The position numbers were made by a program, and so were the translations under genes. Shown here piece after piece: positions 55,117-63,917 of a stretch of DNA of 64,000 bases. This stretch comes from Candidatus Bathyarchaeia archaeon. Its GTDB lineage: Archaea > Thermoproteota > Bathyarchaeia > Bathyarchaeales > Bathycorpusculaceae. Location of the stretch: assembly GCA_038868255.1 (NCBI GenBank), contig JAWCTJ010000002.1:656-64655 (forward strand). Direction: 5' to 3'. Numbering within the stretch: position 1 is the stretch's first letter; each line of letters begins with the position of its first letter. A model generated the notes under the pieces. It saw nothing but the letters and a program-made list of their open reading frames with translations, searched no databases and was not told the origin of the DNA.

Positions 55117-55434
55117 TTATTCTCTTTTTTCAACGATTATCTTGCAGTTCGTGGCTAGAGCGGCGATTACTCCTAAGGCAGCAAGCCAAGGCGCCAACAA
55201 AACACCTATAACCCCTATCGTTACCGGGATTTCCAGCAGGTTTTTTTCATGTTCATCTTTAACTATTATCCTGGTAACGTTGCCCTCGTGAAGTAGCTCT
55301 TTAACCTTCTCGATGAGGTTGTCAGCTGATACCACAATTTCTTCTTTTGCAATCTTCACCGCAGGAGCACCGCATGCATAACAGAATTTGTGATCCTCCT
55401 CCAATCTGGCTCCGCACTTTGAACAATAAGGCAA
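55117..55434 (-). CDS. Zinc-ribbon plus DUF4342-like protein
   Basis: MPYCSKCGARLEEDHKFCYACG followed by LIEKVKELLHEGNVTRIIVKDEHEKNLLEIPVTIGVIGVLLAP...CKIIVEKR. Confidence 0.6.
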   Translation of the reverse strand: MPYCSKCGARLEEDHKFCYACGAPAVKIAKEEIVVSADNLIEKVKELLHEGNVTRIIVKDEHEKNLLEIPVTIGVIGVLLAPWLAALGVIAALATNCKIIVEKRE

Positions 55435-55499
55435 ATATTTCCCCCGTGGTAGACAATGGACTGCTGCATAATAAAAATGTTGTGAAGCTTATTCCAAAT

Positions 55500-56939
55500 T
55501 CAGAGGAGTATATGGTTTCCGCGCCAGCTCGGCTCTTCACCTACAAGCGTCAACTCCCTATCCTTTTTTAACGTAATCATAAGCGCTGCCAGAGTGGACG
55601 CAAGTGAAGCTAGCGCCGTATACCTAGTTATGACGTTAAGGTTCACCGTCTGCGAGCTTATATTAAAATCATACGTTACGGGTTCATAGTAAACCATGGG
55701 ATACGGCCTGTTTCCAGGTCCATAGGCAAGCTGGATCTTTATTATCTGCGTTTCAATATTTCCTTCGCCATACAGTAAAAATCCGTCATCGTCATAGCTG
55801 CCCCTAAATTGATGGACTGTAAAGTTCACCCTCACAACGCTGCTAAATGTATCTATTATGACTGGTATATGTAGCTCCATAGCCTGATTTTCTATGGAGA
55901 TTTTTCCTCCAGCTTCACCCATATTATAAAGTAAGCCGGCAACGTAAAGCCTGTTTAACAATATCCTTGTGGTATCCAGTGGCGTGTCATCGATCGACTC
56001 TTCTATGTTTGGTAATCTGATGCCCGTATAATCCTTAAAGAAGCTTCCGTCACAATTGTACTGTATTATAGCTGACTTCGTGATGCCGCTGATTTCGGCA
56101 AGCCCTAGGGAAGCGTAGGCGCTGCTGGCAAGGATTAAGACGAGAAGTGCTCCAAGCACGAGTTTCGTGGTGCGGCTTAACCCTTCAGTTTTAGCGGGGT
56201 AAATCACCAAGTAATATGGTGGAGTTATACGATCAACCAGTCTAAGCTGAACCAGCCTATCCCTGTCGGCGAGCAGCCATAGCAGAGCTATGCCCGCTAT
56301 AAATCCTCCAGCATGAGCAAATACCGCCGTACTTCCGGCGGCTTTAGCGTATCCATACATTACCTGGGCTGCGAACCAGAAAAGCAGGTAATATGACGCC
56401 TTTAAACGAATGAAGAATGGAAATAGAAAGAACCACCAACCCATTATAAGGGATGTTCCGGGATAAAGAATTAAATATGCGCCTAAGACGCCGCTTACCG
56501 CTCCAGAGGCGCCTATGGCGGGAATAACATAATTAGAGAACCCTCCAATAAAGCTGAACGCTGCGTGAAATACTGAGGCAACCAATCCTGACAATAAGTA
56601 TAACGCAATGTATCTCCTCCTGCCCAAGGCGTTCTCAACAGCCCTTCCGAAAACGTATAGAAAATACATGTTAAAGAGTATGTGAAAGAAGTCAGCGTGT
56701 AGAAACATGGAAGTAAATAGTCTATAGTACTCCCCTGGACTGTAAAGCGTCAAAGGCGCAAAACCGCCTATCTCAACCCAGCAATCGCCAACCTCGAGGA
56801 AAAGATTCCTGAAGGAAGTTACAGCGTATACGGCTACGTTGACCACTATCAGGGCAAGTGTTGCAACAGGTTTCCTTTCAGAGGCAGCTGCACCAGCCAT
56901 AGGTAAGCCGAAACTTGACCTCAACCCGCTCACACGCAC
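55500..56939 (-). CDS. Rhomboid-family intramembrane serine protease with a roughly 220-aa C-terminal extracytoplasmic domain and an extra TM
   Basis: HADFFHILFNMYFLYVFG, catalytic GASGAVSGVLGAY and catalytic His in FAHAGGFIAG. A C-terminal TM helix LASLASTLAALMITL is present. Confidence 0.85.
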   Translation of the reverse strand: MRVSGLRSSFGLPMAGAAASERKPVATLALIVVNVAVYAVTSFRNLFLEVGDCWVEIGGFAPLTLYSPGEYYRLFTSMFLHADFFHILFNMYFLYVFGRAVENALGRRRYIALYLLSGLVASVFHAAFSFIGGFSNYVIPAIGASGAVSGVLGAYLILYPGTSLIMGWWFFLFPFFIRLKASYYLLFWFAAQVMYGYAKAAGSTAVFAHAGGFIAGIALLWLLADRDRLVQLRLVDRITPPYYLVIYPAKTEGLSRTTKLVLGALLVLILASSAYASLGLAEISGITKSAIIQYNCDGSFFKDYTGIRLPNIEESIDDTPLDTTRILLNRLYVAGLLYNMGEAGGKISIENQAMELHIPVIIDTFSSVVRVNFTVHQFRGSYDDDGFLLYGEGNIETQIIKIQLAYGPGNRPYPMVYYEPVTYDFNISSQTVNLNVITRYTALASLASTLAALMITLKKDRELTLVGEEPSWRGNHILL

Positions 56940-57056
56940 TAAGCCTTAAGCCTATCACACCTTTCAGGATTTTAAAATTTCTGTGCCCGTGACGTTCTTC
57001 GCTTTTATCAGAACTTCATAATCCTTATTATTGCCCAAATAATAAACTGTTTTTAG

Positions 57057-57938
57057 GTGCGTAAATTGAAACAGGTCATTTCCCTTGCGCTCTGTTTGCT
57101 GACCATAACCGCCTTATGTCTTCTTAAGCCTGTCAACGCTGCCTCGTTCCAAAATGTCGCTTTAGAGGTTTTCGCCGACGGGGTTGTCCACTTCAAAGGA
57201 ACCATAATTACTGACGGGACTGAGGCCTCAGTTACAGTTCCCATGCTTGTATCTGGAGAACATGTATATAACGTTCTGGCAGTAGATGAGGCAGGTTTAA
57301 CAATCACCTATGACCTTGAAGATCAAAGCATAGTACTTTATTCCTTAGATGCAACTCAGGTCGCCCTTGAGTACGACACCGACTTCCTGACATCCAAGAG
57401 CGGTGGATTATGGACTTTAACCTTCACTTCCCCCTTCGAGATCGACGTTCTCCTCCCCGAGAAATCAACGATAATATACATCAACGCTGCACCCCTTTCC
57501 CTGAGGGCTGAAGGTGACACGGTTAGACTGAAACTTTCACCTGGATATTGGGAAATCTGCTATGAAGTGGAAATGCCGTCCTATGTGCCCACACCGCCGC
57601 CTCAACAACCCGGGCAGCCTTGGTGGTCCTCGCCCGAACAGCCTGGAGGATGGCCCCTAGGATGGATTGTTCTCGGCGTTGTCGCTGCGGCTCTGGCCAT
57701 AATAGGCGTATCATTTTATATGAAACGTCGAAAAGGTTCCTTAGGCTTACGTTATGAGGAAGCTGAAGTTATAAGGTTCATTAAAGAGCGAGGTGGAAGG
57801 GCTCTTGAAGCCGAGCTGAGGGAGGCTTTTCCGGATATCCCGCGGACAAGCATGTGGCGCCTAATAAAAAGGCTTGAGCGAAGAAAACAGGTCAAGGTTA
57901 AGAAAATTGGGCTGCAAAACGTGGTTGAACTTGCATAA
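57057..57938 (+). CDS. Membrane-tethered winged-helix protein (signal peptide, ectodomain, Pro-rich linker, TM, cytoplasmic wHTH)
   Basis: GTG start, with signal peptide VISLALCLLTITALCLLKPVNAAS and linker PSYVPTPPPQQPGQPWWSSPEQPGG. The TM segment is WPLGWIVLGVVAAALAIIGVSFYM followed by KRRK. The MarR-like wHTH is EVIRFIKERGGRALEAELREAFPDIPRTSMWRLIKRLERRKQVKVKKIG. Confidence 0.6.
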   Translation: MRKLKQVISLALCLLTITALCLLKPVNAASFQNVALEVFADGVVHFKGTIITDGTEASVTVPMLVSGEHVYNVLAVDEAGLTITYDLEDQSIVLYSLDATQVALEYDTDFLTSKSGGLWTLTFTSPFEIDVLLPEKSTIIYINAAPLSLRAEGDTVRLKLSPGYWEICYEVEMPSYVPTPPPQQPGQPWWSSPEQPGGWPLGWIVLGVVAAALAIIGVSFYMKRRKGSLGLRYEEAEVIRFIKERGGRALEAELREAFPDIPRTSMWRLIKRLERRKQVKVKKIGLQNVVELA

Positions 57939-57956
57939 AAAGGTTGGCAGCGGCGG

Positions 57957-59255
57957 CTAAGGAATTGAGAACGTAGCTGTAGCTTCCACAGGCGTCATGT
58001 TGATCTTGCTCCATCCGTGAACTCGCACCCTGTATTCTCCGTTTTTAGGCTGCTGAAGCGTTATCTCAACCTGCCCGGCCTGTCCAGGTTTAAGCTCCAC
58101 GATTACCTGCGCGGAGATCGGCGAGTAAGCATGCATCCACCGTGTGCCTTCCCTCTTTTCGATGGTGGTTCCGTAAACTGAATTGGGAAATTGCACCGTT
58201 GCGTTTCCAACGTTTCTCACTGTGACTCTCAACCTGATAGCCGTTGTATTGCGCATTCCTTTTTCCGCTGATTTTTCAACCGTAACTTCGATGGCTGGTG
58301 TGCCCTCCTCGGTTTTCGGCTGAATAGCTATTGTCGCTTTTCTACTGAAGTTTCCGAACATCCATTGGAATTTTTCAAGCTGAGTCATTAAGCTCTTCAC
58401 AGGTTCTTTCCGAAGCCTCTCCCTGAACTGGTTAAGGCTTTCCTGGAATTCGCTCATGTTATGCATTCTGAGGAAGTCTGTGACGTTAAAGCCCGTCCTC
58501 GTCATGTTTCTTATTAGCTCTCCGAATCGATTCTCAAGTCTCTCGCAGAAGCGGTTCATCCTTTCAACTATTTTCTCCTCAGCTTTAGCCCTTAAAGCCT
58601 TGAACGCCTCGTTTATGAGTTTGTTGGCCTCTGCAAGTCTCTGCGCTACTTCTGCGGATTTGCCGTTCTGAAGCATCTGCGTAATCTCCGTCACGTTAAG
58701 CAGGTACTTGGCTTTGCTGAGCAGCTCCTCAATGTCATTTGCGTTCTCGGGCAGAATTTTCTCTATGCGTTGTATGCGTTCTAGGGCTCGGTTAGTCGCA
58801 ATCAATAGCCCCTGCGCCTTAATTAGATCGCCCTTCTCCACACCCGCCTGCTCCAATATGCCCTTAATGTTTCTCAGGGCGTTTCTGAACATCTCCATTG
58901 CCCGCACTGTAGTGTTCACAGCGCCGCCGTAGTCTCCATTACTAATGCATACCTTAGCCTCAAACAGCAGCCCCTTCCCATTCTCGTACAGCGAAACATT
59001 GCCCTCAAAAGCCCCCATAAGACCCGCATTCTGAACAGCCTGCATCACCGTCGCATTCGCCCTCGTCGCATTTATTAGATTGCCAAGCCTTAGACTTGCC
59101 CCCTCAGCAACCCTAACCATGAACTCGGCTCTCTCCCTGACACCCGACGTATCCCCAAGCGCATAAGCCTGAATTCCTGCCGCCGCTACCAGTAGAAGAG
59201 CGGCTAAAGCAGCTGCAAACATTGTGCTCAGTTTTCGATTCATATTCATCACCAT
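57957..59255 (-). CDS. Secreted protein with a helical N-domain and a C-terminal beta-sandwich (CARDB-like); function unknown
   Basis: Signal peptide LSTMFAAALAALLLVAAAGIQAYA, a roughly 270-aa helical region with several N-x-T sequons, and a C-terminal VTVRNVGNATV...ELKPGQAGQVEITL. Confidence 0.5.
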   Translation of the reverse strand: MVMNMNRKLSTMFAAALAALLLVAAAGIQAYALGDTSGVRERAEFMVRVAEGASLRLGNLINATRANATVMQAVQNAGLMGAFEGNVSLYENGKGLLFEAKVCISNGDYGGAVNTTVRAMEMFRNALRNIKGILEQAGVEKGDLIKAQGLLIATNRALERIQRIEKILPENANDIEELLSKAKYLLNVTEITQMLQNGKSAEVAQRLAEANKLINEAFKALRAKAEEKIVERMNRFCERLENRFGELIRNMTRTGFNVTDFLRMHNMSEFQESLNQFRERLRKEPVKSLMTQLEKFQWMFGNFSRKATIAIQPKTEEGTPAIEVTVEKSAEKGMRNTTAIRLRVTVRNVGNATVQFPNSVYGTTIEKREGTRWMHAYSPISAQVIVELKPGQAGQVEITLQQPKNGEYRVRVHGWSKINMTPVEATATFSIP

Positions 59256-59345
59256 GCGAAAATATATGGTAAGGCTTAAAATAAGGGATGCTTTGAAACG
59301 CCGCGTTTCACCCTTCCCAGGCCATATAAAAGCCGTGATTTAAAG

Positions 59346-60359
59346 CTATCTTATTGTTAACACGCCGCTTCCACGATATTCTCCATTTTTAAGCATTAAA
59401 AGGGCTTTATTCGCATCTTCAAGCTTAAATTCAACAACTTCTGGCTTTAATGGAACTTCCGCAGCTATTTCCAGAAACTCCGCCACATCCCTTCTTGTTA
59501 TGTTTGCAACGGACTTCAGTTCTTTCTCCCACCAGAGATGCTGGGTATAGTCAAGATCCGTTATGGGTTTTTCCTTCCTTATCAGGTTCATCACCAGCCT
59601 TCCACCCTTTTCCAGGTTTCTAAGGGCTTCCCTCACAGGCAAGCCTGTGGGCGTTGTGTCGATGGCGCAGTTCATCTTTGACGGCGGGGTTTCCCCGCTT
59701 TGACCAACCCAGTCCGCGCCCATCTTTGACGCGAGCTCGCTTGGCGCATCACCCTTTCTTCTTGTGAAAACGAAGATCCTGCTGCTGGGATAGAGGTGCC
59801 TAATCACTTGAAATAGTATGTGGGATGAGGAGCCGAAGCCATAAAGCCCTATAACATCTCCATCCTCCATACGTGTTAGCTTAAGCGCCCTATAACCGAT
59901 AGCCCCTGCACATAGTAGTGGCGCCGCCTCAGCGTCAGAGAACTTCTCTGGAATTTTGTATGCATAATTCTCGTGGACTGCCATGTATTCTGCGTATCCT
60001 CCATTAGCATCGCATCCTGTGCCCATGAAATGCTCGCACAGGTTCTCTAAACCTCTTTTGCAGAAACGGCATTTACCGCATGAGGAGTAAATCCAGGCTA
60101 CGCCTACGCGGTCGCCAGACCTGAACCTCTCAGCTGCTTGTCCAGTCTCTATAACCCGTCCTATGACCTGATGTCCCGGTATAACCGGGATTTTCGGCTT
60201 AAGTCTTCCCTCAATCTCGTCAAGCTCTGTGCGGCATATTCCGCAGGCTGAAACTTCGATGATGATTTCTCTGGCCTTCGGCTTCGGTGCAGGAACATCC
60301 TCATAGCTGAGGGGTTCGTTCTCTATGGGTGCTGTTCTCCTCAGAACCATGGCTTTCAT
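59346..60359 (-). CDS. adh: Zinc-dependent alcohol dehydrogenase (MDR superfamily)
   Basis: Catalytic Zn ligands in ACGICRTELDE and GHQVIGRV, structural Zn site CGKCRFCKRGLENLC, and the Rossmann glycine motif GLYGFGSSSH. Confidence 0.85.
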   Translation of the reverse strand: MKAMVLRRTAPIENEPLSYEDVPAPKPKAREIIIEVSACGICRTELDEIEGRLKPKIPVIPGHQVIGRVIETGQAAERFRSGDRVGVAWIYSSCGKCRFCKRGLENLCEHFMGTGCDANGGYAEYMAVHENYAYKIPEKFSDAEAAPLLCAGAIGYRALKLTRMEDGDVIGLYGFGSSSHILFQVIRHLYPSSRIFVFTRRKGDAPSELASKMGADWVGQSGETPPSKMNCAIDTTPTGLPVREALRNLEKGGRLVMNLIRKEKPITDLDYTQHLWWEKELKSVANITRRDVAEFLEIAAEVPLKPEVVEFKLEDANKALLMLKNGEYRGSGVLTIR

Positions 60360-60410
60360 GTTTCAACCCCGGGGATCACTATTTTTGGAATCCCCCTTTA
60401 TATTTCCCTA

Positions 60411-60836
60411 TTATAACCGTGCTTTAGCTTTTTTCAACAGCATCGCGGAGAGGGTGAGCAGTAAAATATGGACCACCGCGATCATCACAGTCTCATACAG
60501 CGCTCCTGTATAGCTGAACCTTACTAACCGTTCACATGGAAAAATGTAGCCTATTAAGGCGGCTATAGCTGAAACCGCCATCAGCCGTGAGGATTTTGAT
60601 TCTCTATGGGTTAATAATGCCACCAAATTCATGCTTAGGGATAATGTGAAGAAGGCTATAGCTGACGCGTATATCGTGGCCGTGTAACGCATTCTCTCAA
60701 TAGGAGTTTCCACCAGGTCAACCAAATGTAAATAGTATAAGGTTATCATAAAAAGAGTCAACGCGGCGGCCAAAGAACCCGCAAGTAAGGCAGGTTTGAA
60801 TGATGCTCTTTTCATGAACCGGCTCCCTGCATTCAT
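60411..60836 (-). CDS. Small integral membrane protein (4 TM), function unknown
   Basis: 141 aa and hydrophobic throughout. It sits in the same-strand run of genes from 59346 to 63907. Confidence 0.45.
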   Translation of the reverse strand: MNAGSRFMKRASFKPALLAGSLAAALTLFMITLYYLHLVDLVETPIERMRYTATIYASAIAFFTLSLSMNLVALLTHRESKSSRLMAVSAIAALIGYIFPCERLVRFSYTGALYETVMIAVVHILLLTLSAMLLKKAKARL

Positions 60837-60854
60837 TTTATGCGTCTTTGGAAT

Positions 60855-61685
60855 TTAACCTTGCCTTAGAGGCTGAATAATTTTGCCAACCATCATAGCT
60901 ATGGTTGCGGCGAGAATCGACTGTCCACCGTTAACGGAAATGTTCGCTATGGCGTCAACCTTAACATTAAAAATCGCCGGCATGATGAGGGCTTCATATA
61001 ATAAGTAGCCTAAAACTATAAGAAGGCAGCCGCTCAGCAATGGAGCACCAGCCCATTCACCGCGTCCTACTTCCTTGAATTCCATGAGCATTATTATAAT
61101 AATTATAATAGCGCTTGCCGCAATCCAGCACCAGCTGGGTATGTAAATGCTCTGCGCCCATAATCCCTCAAACTCTAGGATCCGCTCTCCTAAAAAGAAA
61201 GTTTTAGTGTACCCCAGGTAGATTTCACCTGAAAACTTGAGCACTCCAACAAGCCCAAACAACAAGGCCAGAATTATGCTTGATGCAAGATTTACAATCC
61301 TGTTCTTAAGAATCTTGGTTTTGCTTATGGTGAAGCCTGCTAGGGATTTAATCATCAAAGAAGCCAATGCATAGTGGGGATAACCCAATAGAAGACTTGC
61401 AGATGAAAATCCAACTCCACCCACAAAGGCAGATTCAAAGGGTTCCAGCAGAAGACATGCGGTGAAGAAAATTGGTTCTCCAAAGGTGAAAAGCCCCATA
61501 GAGGTAAATGATGTAACAAATAATGCTGATGCAAAGCACACAAGTCCCGTGGTGATTATTGCCGCCAATATTTTCCTTATATTAAACAAGCATAAGCACC
61601 ACTGTAACAGTCCCGTCCTAAAACTATAATAAAATTGGGATGAATATGTTAGTCTTCTCTGTACTCTAGAGATCCTCAAGTACAC
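60855..61685 (-). CDS. Polytopic membrane protein (possibly ECF-transporter S-component-like)
   Basis: Six to seven TM helices. The ATG at 61685 would overlap the upstream ferritin gene by 20 nt. An in-frame TTG at 61589, giving (M)FNIRKILAAIITTGL..., is a more typical N-terminus. Confidence 0.5.
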   Translation of the reverse strand: MYLRISRVQRRLTYSSQFYYSFRTGLLQWCLCLFNIRKILAAIITTGLVCFASALFVTSFTSMGLFTFGEPIFFTACLLLEPFESAFVGGVGFSSASLLLGYPHYALASLMIKSLAGFTISKTKILKNRIVNLASSIILALLFGLVGVLKFSGEIYLGYTKTFFLGERILEFEGLWAQSIYIPSWCWIAASAIIIIIIMLMEFKEVGRGEWAGAPLLSGCLLIVLGYLLYEALIMPAIFNVKVDAIANISVNGGQSILAATIAMMVGKIIQPLRQG

Positions 61686-62085
61686 TTGTGAAGAAGTCGT
61701 GATGTTCTTCCTCGTCCCTTAATATTCCTTCGAATATTGTGGCTGTGGTTTGGTCTTTTTCCTTGCGGGCTTGTTCAATTATCTCCTTGTAAAGTGTTAT
61801 TGCTTTTTCCTCGTCCTTCACGTTCTGCTCAATCATCTCCCTCAATGCTTTGCCAACAATGATCTCCGTGGGCTTGGTTGTAGGGGTTCCACCTAAGTAA
61901 ACAAGTCTTTCAGCGATGGCTTCCGCATGTTTCATCTCTGTTATGGCTATTTTCTCCAGTTCACTTTGCACTGCGAATCCCTTAACACCGCTCCATTGTA
62001 CATGCTGCCACATATACTGTATGGAAACCTGCAGTTCTCTTGCTATTGCATCGTTCAGCATTTCTAAAAGCTTTTTAGAAACCAT
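61666..62085 (-). CDS. Bacterioferritin/ferritin-like di-iron protein
   Basis: The ATG at 62085 follows GGGGAGGTGA. AIARELQVSIQYMW, ITEMKHAEAIAERL, KDEEKAITLY and LRDEEEHHDFF give the E / ExxH / E / ExxH pattern. Confidence 0.75.
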   Translation of the reverse strand: MVSKKLLEMLNDAIARELQVSIQYMWQHVQWSGVKGFAVQSELEKIAITEMKHAEAIAERLVYLGGTPTTKPTEIIVGKALREMIEQNVKDEEKAITLYKEIIEQARKEKDQTTATIFEGILRDEEEHHDFFTSVLEDL

Positions 62086-62158
62086 ACATTTCACCTCCCC
62101 TTTATTATTTCGTAACAATACTACGCTAACTAGGAAAGGGGAATTTAATGGGTGTTCA

Positions 62159-62638
62159 TCACCCACCTGGGCTCCCGTGAAATGGAACGTTCTTCCAGAG
62201 AATTTCCCACCAATCATCTTCGGTTATGGTTTCACCGTGAACCAGAATTTCTAAGATGTCCTTCAACAGCCTGTGATGTCTTTTCTCATCCTCCAGTATC
62301 GCCGTTAGGAGCAGCTTAACTTTCTCGTTTTCCACATGCGTAAGCTCAGCGCTTATCCTGCCTATGAGTTCCGCCTCTATCCTTATGTGTTTCTCAATCA
62401 GGCTTTTCTGCATATCAAGCTGCTCCTGGGTAAGCGCCTTCTGCGCTGTGGTTAGAAGCATCAAGGCGGAGCCATACATTTCAGCATGTTTAAGCGAGTC
62501 CAGCGATATTCCATATAGAACGCTTTTTACGGGCTGGTTTTCCATGCCTTTCAATGCTTCGTTAAGCGAGTTCACTATTTCTCTTTCAACCTTAATCTGT
62601 GCTTCAATAAACCTTATCAGGTCATTTTTTGAGATCAT
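62159..62638 (-). CDS. Ferritin-like (CCC1-N / rubrerythrin-like) four-helix protein
   Basis: KVEREIVNSL, ISLDSLKHAEMY, IRIEAELI and ILEDEKRHHRLL. It is paralogous by eye to the C-terminus of the GT2 and the N-terminus of the VIT1 protein. Confidence 0.65.
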   Translation of the reverse strand: MISKNDLIRFIEAQIKVEREIVNSLNEALKGMENQPVKSVLYGISLDSLKHAEMYGSALMLLTTAQKALTQEQLDMQKSLIEKHIRIEAELIGRISAELTHVENEKVKLLLTAILEDEKRHHRLLKDILEILVHGETITEDDWWEILWKNVPFHGSPGG

Positions 62639-62658
62639 TCATTCACGTCCCGGCAAAG

Positions 62659-63105
62659 CTACTGTTTAGGTACTGCGGTTTTTTCAGCGATTTTTCTACC
62701 GAGTTCTCTGCATTTCTCTAGTCCTGTATGGTCAGGAGTGTATCTTATTAGAAGCGGAGGCTCTATCACGTTCATTTCGAAGCGGTTTTTCATAATTTCA
62801 AGAACCAGCTTTGGGGCTTCACCACTCCATCCGTAGGAGCCGAAGGCCGCGCCAACCTTGCCCTTAAGATTGATGTTTTTGACTGCGGCTTCCTCAAAAA
62901 GCCCCTTTATGTCAGATGTAGTGTCATGATGGTATGTGGGTGTTCCAACGGCTATTGCATCGTATTCCTGCAGCATTTCCGGTGTAGCCCTGTAAGTTAA
63001 TTCCACCTCTAATCCCGGTATGGATTTTGCGCCTTCAGCTACGGCGTTAGCCATTTTCTCAGTGTTTCCAGTCCTGCTGTAGTAGAGAATCAGTATTTTA
63101 GGCAT
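62659..63105 (-). CDS. Flavodoxin-fold FMN protein
   Basis: The ATG at 63105 follows GGTGGTGA. ILILYYSRTGNTEKMA is an FMN phosphate loop, and GTPTYHHD and GSYGWSGEA are also present. Confidence 0.75.
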   Translation of the reverse strand: MPKILILYYSRTGNTEKMANAVAEGAKSIPGLEVELTYRATPEMLQEYDAIAVGTPTYHHDTTSDIKGLFEEAAVKNINLKGKVGAAFGSYGWSGEAPKLVLEIMKNRFEMNVIEPPLLIRYTPDHTGLEKCRELGRKIAEKTAVPKQ

Positions 63106-63119
63106 TTTTATCACCACCA

Positions 63120-63734
63120 TTACTCAAGAGTCCCTTCCAGTCTCCTGCTCACTTCGTCCCAGTTCACGATGTTCCAGAAGGCTTCCACGAAATCAGCCCT
63201 TTTGTTTTTGTAGTCTATGTAGTAGGCGTGTTCAAACAGATCTAAAACCATGAGAATTGGAAAAGCTGGATACACGTTGGTGTTATGCTTCTCTATCTGC
63301 ATTATCAGCAGGCGGCCGGTGCTTCTGCAAAGGGTTAGCGCAGCCCAGCCGGACCCTTCCACGCTGACGGCTGCCTGAGTGTACTCCTTCTTGAACCTCT
63401 CAAAGCTTCCAAACTCCTTCTCGCAGAGGTCAGCCAGCTTTCCTCCGGGTTTGCCTCCGCCCTTTCCCGGCGGTGCAAGGTTCTCCCAGAAAAGCGAATG
63501 CAGCAGATGCCCGCCGATGTTCCATGAAAGCTCTTTCAGGGCGGCTTTCACGTCTATTTCTATGCTTCCTCTCCGGGCTTCATCCAGCTTTTTAAGTACG
63601 TTGTTCGCCCCGTTCACATAGGCCTGATGATGTATTGTATGATGTATTCGCAGCTGCTCCTCAGACATGTATGGCGCTAGGTCGCCGTAGCCGTAAGGCA
63701 GCTTAGGCAGAGAATAAAATTTGGAAATTTCCAT
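63120..63734 (-). CDS. sod: Fe/Mn superoxide dismutase
   Basis: The ATG at 63734 follows [42 protein letters not shown] and [15 protein letters not shown] contain the metal ligands. Confidence 0.9.
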   Translation of the reverse strand: MEISKFYSLPKLPYGYGDLAPYMSEEQLRIHHTIHHQAYVNGANNVLKKLDEARRGSIEIDVKAALKELSWNIGGHLLHSLFWENLAPPGKGGGKPGGKLADLCEKEFGSFERFKKEYTQAAVSVEGSGWAALTLCRSTGRLLIMQIEKHNTNVYPAFPILMVLDLFEHAYYIDYKNKRADFVEAFWNIVNWDEVSRRLEGTLE

Positions 63735-63745
63735 AAAATGCCCTC

Positions 63746-63907
63746 CTACCTTTTTATTTTGAACATGTCTTTTGAGGCTCCGCATATTGGGCAAACCCAG
63801 CTGTCAGGCAGGGCTTCAAAAGGTGTTCCCGGCATTATGCCGTTGTCAGGGTCCCCCGCTTCAGGATCGTAAATGTAACCGCATATTTCACATTCCCACT
63901 TATCCAA
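63746..63907 (-). CDS. rub: Rubredoxin (53 aa)
   Basis: TTG start 7 nt after AGGTG. Translates to (M)[52 protein letters not shown], with the classic CxxCG...CPxCG spacing. It is below the ORF-track cut-off. Confidence 0.85.
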   Translation of the reverse strand: MDKWECEICGYIYDPEAGDPDNGIMPGTPFEALPDSWVCPICGASKDMFKIKR

Positions 63908-63917
63908 ATCCTACACC

